The notes beneath the pieces are model-generated. The model searched no databases and was not told where the DNA came from. It saw nothing but the letters and a program-made list of their open reading frames with translations. From Paraspadella gotoi (lineage: Eukaryota; Animalia; Chaetognatha), in contig CM119268.1 of assembly GCA_051294375.1 (NCBI GenBank), positions 9,421,216 through 9,485,215 on the forward strand: a stretch of DNA of 64,000 bases. The letters run 5' to 3'. Below are positions 56,301 through 64,000 of the stretch, piece by piece; position 1 is the stretch's first letter, and each line of letters starts with the position of its first letter. Both the position numbers and the translations under genes were made by a program.

Positions 56301-59300
56301 ACCTTTTTGGAGACTCTATGACCATTTTCAGCGGAAAAAAATGTGTCTATTACTTATTACTATATATAAATATAGCTCACTGGTACCCACTAATGAATAA
56401 AATTAAAAAATAAATTTATTAAAATATTTTTATTGGTTTCTATTTTTGTTTTATATGTTAAATTTTAATTTTCTAAAATTTTATCATTTTCACATTACTC
56501 TAATGTATATGTTATATTTAAAATTTTTTCAAAGAGCTTTCGATCAATCAACATCTTCGACGAAGCCAAATGACGACGACGCTGTTGCCGACTCGCCGAG
56601 ATCGAAAAAACGCCGAAGCCCCGAGTCGCCGATTCTCAAAACCGCGGGGTTGGAATCTAGTATCCCGGAATCTATTCCGTCGTCAGCTTCGCCCGCCCCG
56701 ATGAACGCGCAAGAGCGATACGCCATGGAGGTGATGCCGCATCAACAAATGAGGCAGCCTTATTTGCACCTGTCATCGGACACGGATTTAGATCTACAGG
56801 CTAAAAGGTATGAGGATCAAGCGGGTGGAGCTTTTTATGCTTGCTAATCTCATTATTTATTAGTATGAAATTGGTGCAACTATAAGTTATCCATTATTCC
56901 TTAATTTTACACAGTGTTGTTAAATATTATTTTTGAGATACCGATGACAATTATGTTACTAAGTTTCGAATTCAATTTTTATAAATTTTTCTTTGCAAAA
57001 CATTCATTTTAAATGAATCCTGGTTTTTCACTTTATTAATTATTTTTAGTATTATGTAAAAAAAATTTATTAAAAATAATTATATAAAAAAATATTTTCA
57101 CTTGATCTAATTATTTAAATTTTATAAAATAAGTGCATTAAAAGAAAGAAAACATTAATAAAAGTATGCTAATTGTTTTGATATTTAAATTTTCTTTTTT
57201 GAAGTTGTGAGCGATTGAATCATTAAGCCAGAACAAATGGTTGCCATTTATTCAATAAATTATTATTAAATCAGTTTAAAAAGTAATATGAACAATGTAA
57301 GTAGATAATTTTAAAAACAATTAATACTACATTATAAAAGCTCTGTAGCTAAAAATATGAGGTTGTTTCTTACTTTCGGGCATCTAAGGAAACGATTTAA
57401 AAGATTATTTAATCAATATTAATAAAAATATTCGTTAAATATTACAAAATATCTAATTTAATAATCTTTTTTAAAAATCACTGAAAAAAATATTTTACCA
57501 ATTACTCCATGTAATAACTACAGGAGTTTGCTTGGTTCAATTTTTAAAATTTAGGTATACTATAAAATGGTTCATACTTGGGCGCTTATTCGTGAGAATG
57601 AATAGTAGTATTTTAATCTGATATAGGAGCAGTAAGCTTTTATTAACGGACAGTACCATTGGGACTCGCTGCATAAAGTACAACTCCCGTATGTTTACCG
57701 TAATTTTTTTGGTAAAAATAGGGCTAACTCTGTTTCCTTTTTAGGTTTTATCACGAGTCGATCTTTTTCGAGGGAAAACTCCGACCCTTCTCCAAGGAAC
57801 TTTCCAACGTTGGGATCAACAGGGATTTGGTTATAAATATTCATAAACGGCCGAATAGTGCGCAGCTCTCACCCGTTCACCGGTCAGTGAGTTTTTCTCC
57901 GGCTGTTTTTGTTTTTAAAAGTTCTCTTTAATAATATTTCCATTCCCTCCAGCTACCTCTGGCGTGCGATCATTCGCGGTCGCGACGTAGTCCTCGTCGA
58001 TAAACGGCCGCAGAGTCCCGAAGCCCGATTTTCTTTTGTCGTGCCTCTCTGCGAGAAGCTCCTCTCCTCGAGGAGGATCTACGACGAGATCGACAAGAGG
58101 ATGGCAAAGCAGAAGGCCGACAAGAATTCTCGACCTTTGAGGTCTTTTTTTTTTTCACTCTCCCGCTCAATTATCGCGTGGAGCGTAGGGAGTGGTTAAA
58201 TGGCGGTTTCTTTTTCAGGAGCAACGGTCCTTACATCTTGGTCTTGACCCCGTCGTGGAAATCGGCAGAGAAGATTTACAAACTTTTCAACTTCTACATG
58301 CAGCATCTTAGAGATCCGCAGGTCTTTTATAACTTTTTGTTCAAGCAATTTTTTCACTATAATTTTCTCCCTTATTGTTTGTCATCATCCTCCTCCTTCT
58401 TCTCCTCCCAATTCTTCATTCAGCGGCCCAAAGTCATACTCGCCTACGGAGGACACGTCCCGTCCTCCTCGGAGACAGACTTGCTGACGGAACTCTTCAA
58501 CGGCTGCCAAGTCCTAATCACGACGCCTCATAAGCTTGAGACGCTCTTGGGGACGCGACCCGATGCGGACGGCCTGGCGGAGAAGGCCAAGACGAATCTT
58601 CTTAGAGTCTACCATCTCGTCTTTGTCGAGGCCGAGAGATTGGTCACGTGAGCTGGGTCATGGGAGAACTTTCGAAAAAGCGAGGGGTTCAACCTTTATT
58701 ATAATGGTAATGTCAAAATAATAATTTTAACTCTTCCTAATTTCAGCCGGAAGTTTCTCCCATCGGTGTCGCGCATCTTTAAAAAGTTTACCGCGGATCT
58801 CAATTTGTTCGACGACGCTCGACGAAAGAATCTTCGCAACATCATCATAGTAGCTCGCAGCTGGACAGAGGAGTTGAAGGTAGGGCAAATTAAGTGCCTC
58901 CGGACATTTGTTGTGTAGGACATAAACTATCGTTGGAATTTGTTTCTCTTGATTTCCTTTGTCAAAGAAAAGAGATCTTTGAAGTTTTTTTCTTGACTTT
59001 TTCATGCAGCACTTCGCCTTCCATAAGACTGTCCAAGCTGTCACCATATTCTCGGGGCGATTGGAGGAGGCGGTCATCTACGGTCAGGTCATGCAGGTGG
59101 GTGATCGTTGACCTTTCAATTTTCTTTTTTTCTAAGACAGTTAAACACCCCGATCTGATATTGTGAGCCAGATGTGACCTCATGAAGTCACCAACAGGAC
59201 TCTCCACACTCCCAACCTATGAACTTCTTTCTAGGAAGCGCTCTGGGTGGATGCGGGCGGCGAGCGTCGCGACGACGCGCTCCTTCGCATTTTGGAAGCG

Positions 59301-62300
59301 ACGGAGGCGCGACTTCTCGAGTCCTCAAACGGCGGGAAAGAAGGTCTCGAGGCCGCCTTCAAGGTCGTCGTCTGTGTCAGGTTAAGATTTAAGATGTTTT
59401 CTTGTTTAACATCACTACTAAATTTCATAGTGTAATGATTAATAACGTTCGTCGACGATGGTTTTCTTTTTAGTTCCCAAGCAGAACTGGATCACGTGAC
59501 TCAATTGTTGAAGGAGGGTCCAGGTTATGAATACTTCGTCGGTGCCGTTCACGAGGATTACAAGATGGCCGAAGAAGTCGAGCTGCTCAAGAAAAAGTAT
59601 ACTATGCGAGGGTGAGTGAATATTCATCTTATTAGTAAAAACATTCACTTTTTTCCCCCTCGAGATGGAACACCATCCCTAGCGACGCCCAGCCTCACCT
59701 CCGCATCCTCGTCATGATGGACGACGCCATCAAGAATTACTGCATCGCGGACGCCCGCGTCCTCGTCCATTACTCGGTCCCCTCTTCCCCCCACCGCTTT
59801 AAACTCCGCTGGGGTCATCTCTTGCATTACTTCCGCTGCCATGTACCGGGCAAGTCTCCTAAACCATTAGCCGAATCTTATCTTCTGTTGAGCGACGACG
59901 AACGTTGCAAAATATCCGCCAACTTCATTCGGCAGCAGGTGCGTTGATTCTGGGTATCGATCGAGAGGACGGAAATGGTTCATCGATTTGGATGTTGAAG
60001 CGTTGATTAATGTTAGTGGTATAGTCGGGGGAACAACGGAACAACGTGTACAAACACATTATCAGCCACACTGGGTTGCAGCATTGTTCGAACTTCTCAT
60101 AAAATACGTTTTGAATGTAGAATTATTATCCCCCGCTGTTCGCCCTCAGATTCTCGCACGCTCTCTGGGTCTGGACGGGAGGCCGATCAAACGAATCCCA
60201 GCGGAGTTGTATCGACTCGCTGTCATCAATAACGAATCCCTGGCTGCTGACCGAGACAAGGGTCTTTGCAGACAACTCAAAGTCAGTTAATTACGGTCTC
60301 TATCCTTTGTCCCAATTTTATTTGTTATTTTGAGATTCATGCATTTTCTTTTCATCCTTCGACCCAGGCATTCGGCGAGTGCGAGAACCCCATCGCTTGC
60401 GAATTTCGTCACCACGTGGTTCCCGCCGTGGATGTCTTGCGCGGTTGCGCTGTGCCTAGCGACTCGAACGACCGAGCGGATACTGGACTTTTTGTTAAGT
60501 CGGTTGAAGAATCCGAGATCGTGGTGAGGCGAATTGACAATGCAACACTCTTGCTGTTGTAAAGGAAAAAAAGTATTAGTAATTGTTTCACCTGATTTAT
60601 TTTTTACGCTTTTTAATTTCTTCTTCCAGCCTCCCCCACTTCCCACCAGCGGCGTTGTCCACCTCAAAATCCTCGCCATAGCCGACGCCACTCGCCTCTT
60701 CGCCCGCCTCTCCAAGCACGTAGACGACGATGGGCGGGAAACTTATTTCTTCTCGGAAGAAGCCGACACCTCCAACGAAATGCAGCTTTATTTCCAAAAA
60801 AATGCTGAGGTAGTCGGGGGAATTGGGCGGAAAAAGGCTTGTTAAAATTAGAAATTTATCAACCTTTTTTGTATTAGCACCTGGAAGAGGCTGAGCTCCA
60901 CGCCCTTCACCCTATGACGATGCTGGCCTATTCTCAAGATGGAGACGAATTCGAAAGAGTCGTTCTAGAAAAGGTCGATGTCGAATGGCGCTCTGTGAGG
61001 AGGAAAGAAGCGATGAAGATGGTGAGATTGTCTCGAGAATTGAGATTTCAAACATGGAAAAAACCTGGGGGGGGGGGAAGGGCCAAATGAACTCGAATAC
61101 AAACAAGAAAAAGAATGTTATTTATGATTAAGCTGGGATGAGGGTGTGAAGTGTTGATCTCGTAGTTTGTTTGGTGAAAAGGTTTATAAATCTGAGGGGG
61201 AGTGTGTTTGTACACTTGGTGGTAAGAAAAGTAAGAGGAGTGAAATCTCCTTAGAAAAGAAAAGCGAAATCTATCGGAAGAAATGTCAAAACAATGGACA
61301 AGGGGATCAAGGGGTGGCAGCGCCATATCTTCACAGAAATAACGAACAGAAAATGTTAAGATGACAGATGTTGAACCTTTTTAAATGGTGCCGGTAAGAT
61401 TAATAATATTCTTTTTTTTTTCATTCTGTTCTCAAATTTTCCACAGAATCATTTCGTTCATTCCGACGATGAAGACGACGAGGATGACCCAAAGCAACGC
61501 TTCGTCCGTGGCCTCCTTCTCCGCTTCGTCGATTGCGGGAAAGCGAAGGAGATCGATCGGCCCAGCGCTCGTCAACTCTTTCGCCTTCCACCCTTCCTGC
61601 GCCGAAGACCCTTTCTCGCCGTCGAGGTTTTCTTGGTCGGAATCAAACCCTTGGACGACGATCTGGAGTGGACTCCACAGGCGAACAGGCGAGACGCCAG
61701 AACAATGGATTAAGAATTCGCCTTTTTTTTTTTTGCATCCCTTTAAAACATTTTTCTGAGAATGGATGCCTTTTTAGTCAAAACTTTTTTCTTCTCTCTC
61801 GTTATTCAAACGAGTTTTGGCAACAAAATTTTCCTTTTATTTCAGTCTTGTGGAGGCGGCGATAGGCCAGCAACTGGAAGGAGACGTCGTCTTTGCCCTC
61901 GGCAACACTCTCTGGCTAAACCGTCTTCAAAAACTGGAAACGTTCTCGGCTCTCGGCACCGGGTTCGGTCCTGGCGTCGTTTTCGACGTCGCCACAGAAC
62001 TGCTGGAGAGATCTGTCGCGGTTGAAAACTCACCGGGACTTCATTTGGAGAAGTTGGCGGTTAGTAAAGTTTTTTGTTTGTTTTTCGTTTCTATTTCTTT
62101 CCTTCTCAATCATCTCTCATAACCGGTCCAGAATCTCTGCGCTAATAGCGGCTTGAATACGAAAGCCAATCTTCCCTCTGACATTTACGATTCTTCTGGC
62201 GTCGAATCCGTTGACCACGACGACGATGCTGGTCATATTGAAGTCAATGACGACGATCATAAAGAAAACCTGGCTGATAACCGTGCCGACAACCACGGCG

Positions 62301-64000
62301 ACGACTTCGAACGGCTGGTGTCTATCGAATCGCCGCTGACTACGGGCGAAACCGTTTTCGTCAGCGCCGTTCAATCCCCGTTATTTTTCTACGTCGTCAA
62401 GGTAACAAGCCCAAAAACAAAAGACGGCCACGAGGCTGGGGAATGACGAGTCAGGGCGAGGATGATGGAGAGATTGGGCGGGAAGGACACGAGACGAGAG
62501 ACGCAATGGCGCGAAACCTTTTCCCTGCTCTTTCCACAGGAGTCGTCGATGATATTGCTGGCGTCTCTCTCCGCCCGCATCGAGGAGGAGTTGGCGGCAA
62601 CGAGTAATGAAAACTTCCAAGTCGCAGTTGGCGTCGATTGCGTCGTCCGCCTTTGCAATCCCGTCAACCTCGTGAGTCGTAATCGATGATTCGGAGAAAT
62701 TTTATGCTCTATTAACTTCCATAGTAGATAATATCTACTAGATATGGTATATTAACAAAAAAAATTATTAAAATTAAAATTCGATCATGAATCCCACCTT
62801 CCCCATCACGTTGTCGTTTCAGAGCTCCTGTTGGCTCCGTGCAAACGTAGAATCTGTGGTGGAAGCCACGAACGACGAAAATTCCCCCGGGAACAAAGCC
62901 TCGACCGAGATTTACCTCGTCGACTACGGCGAAGTCCTCGACGTTCCCGCGGCCAATCTGCGTCCGCCTCCAGGATGTTTTTATCAATTGCCTCATCAGG
63001 CGATCAGGTGCCGTCTGCGCGAAGCCGTCGAGGCGGGACTTCGGAAAGACGATCGAGACGATTTTAGAATGATCGCGGCCGCCTCGGACAGCGAAGGAAG
63101 AGCGAAGCCCTTGACGGCGGCGTTATCTTCTTGTTTGAAGGAGGAGAATGAGGACGAGAATATCCCCGAAGTAACTCTATTCGAAAAGACGGCAGAGGGA
63201 TCCCTAAATATTTGGGCAGCGATGCTGATGCAGGTGGTGGAGGACGAGAAGGTATGCTGGAGGCGATGGGAGGGTGATGAAGTGGTTTGAGTGTTTGAAT
63301 TGTTAGCAAGTTTCGGAAATGCATAAGTGGCAAGGGAAAAAAGAAAGTTAATTCTTATGAAAGTGGTACAACCAATATAAAAATTATTCATTCATTTAAT
63401 AAGCTATCTTGCCCCTGACTTTGGACAAGCTTTGGTGGTTTAAGGCCTTCATCACTCTTATAAGTTGCAAGTTGCAAGTCCCTGCAAGTTTTCAATCAAG
63501 ACTCTCTCACAGTATCGTTTATTCACTCCCAGAGTACCTGGCTTCCTTATCAATGAGGTGGTATAATATTTAAAAGAATGTTTCAATTTTATGAAAAGAC
63601 CACTCCCTTTTATCATTAGATCGGGTAATACTATTTTTTTCTTGCTCCATTACCAAATCGCAGGATGTCATCCACGCAGACATCACGGCGTCGATGAATC
63701 AGCATGGATCATCCAGTGTCCCTAGTGCCGAGAGCCAAATAGAGCTTCCTCATCTTATGAACGACGAGCAAGAAATTAAAAAATTTCAACCGCTGACGAA
63801 TTTAAAGAGTCTCTCTCAGTTTAAGCCTCAGAAAACTCCGACGACGTCAGCTAAAGAAAATGTTGTCGAAAAGAGTCACGTTAAAGTCGCGTGGGCAGTT
63901 GGAAAAACGGTCGAGGAGACGACCACGAGAACGACTTCAATTTCGGAAAATAAGCGGGAATCGTCGGTAGAAACCTTTGCGGAACAGACTGTTGTAGTCG
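53396..64000 (+). CDS. TDRD12: TDRD12/BoYb-like piRNA factor (degenerate DEAD-box helicase + CCCH-like finger + Tudor domains), 3' incomplete
   Basis: 'GPYILVLTPSW', 'NGCQVLITTP', 'HLVFVEAE', 'LCRQLK|AFGEC...CEFRH', Tudor 'WLRA.V...IYLVDYGE...LPHQAIRCRL'. Confidence 0.78.

Noticed and set aside
55081-57740. Long AT-rich TDRD12 introns with fragments matching 17320-17450 and 11401-11430
   Set aside because: Decayed repeat fragments without definable ends.
1797-63391. Numerous minus-strand ORFs of 60-207 aa
   Set aside because: They are antisense shadows of GC-rich + strand exons with no recognisable motifs; only the gag/protease remnants at 40560-41924 are accepted.

Overview
Gene-dense eukaryotic DNA, most likely from a compact invertebrate animal genome (GC-rich exons, short AT-rich GT-AG introns); the species cannot be determined from sequence alone. 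About 21 protein-coding genes all lie on the + strand with short spacers (64-970 bp): FABP-like (partial), amphiphysin/BIN1, RPAP1, RMDN, a 3xRRM protein, IQCB1, RPL24, a secretory-pathway SDR-ShKT fusion, UFL1, three tandem SelW-family selenoproteins, GPAT3/4, PTPN23, GALK1, GDE1-like, an HSD17B10-like probable pseudoenzyme, ZNRD2/SSSCA1, OXSM and a TDRD12-like gene that runs off the end. The ORF track misses the following. (1) The three SelW genes each have an in-frame TGA and their own SECIS; one has ExxU instead of CxxU. (2) An intronic miniature LTR retroelement (TRIM) has tRNA-type A/B boxes in its LTRs, and two related solo LTRs sit in other introns. (3) A Gypsy-type gag-protease remnant is bounded by INVERTED LTR ends with a clean 5-bp TSD. 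(4) A palindromic Penelope-type insertion carrying hammerhead ribozymes is nested in a MITE in UFL1 intron 1. All calls were made by eye; no database searches were run.
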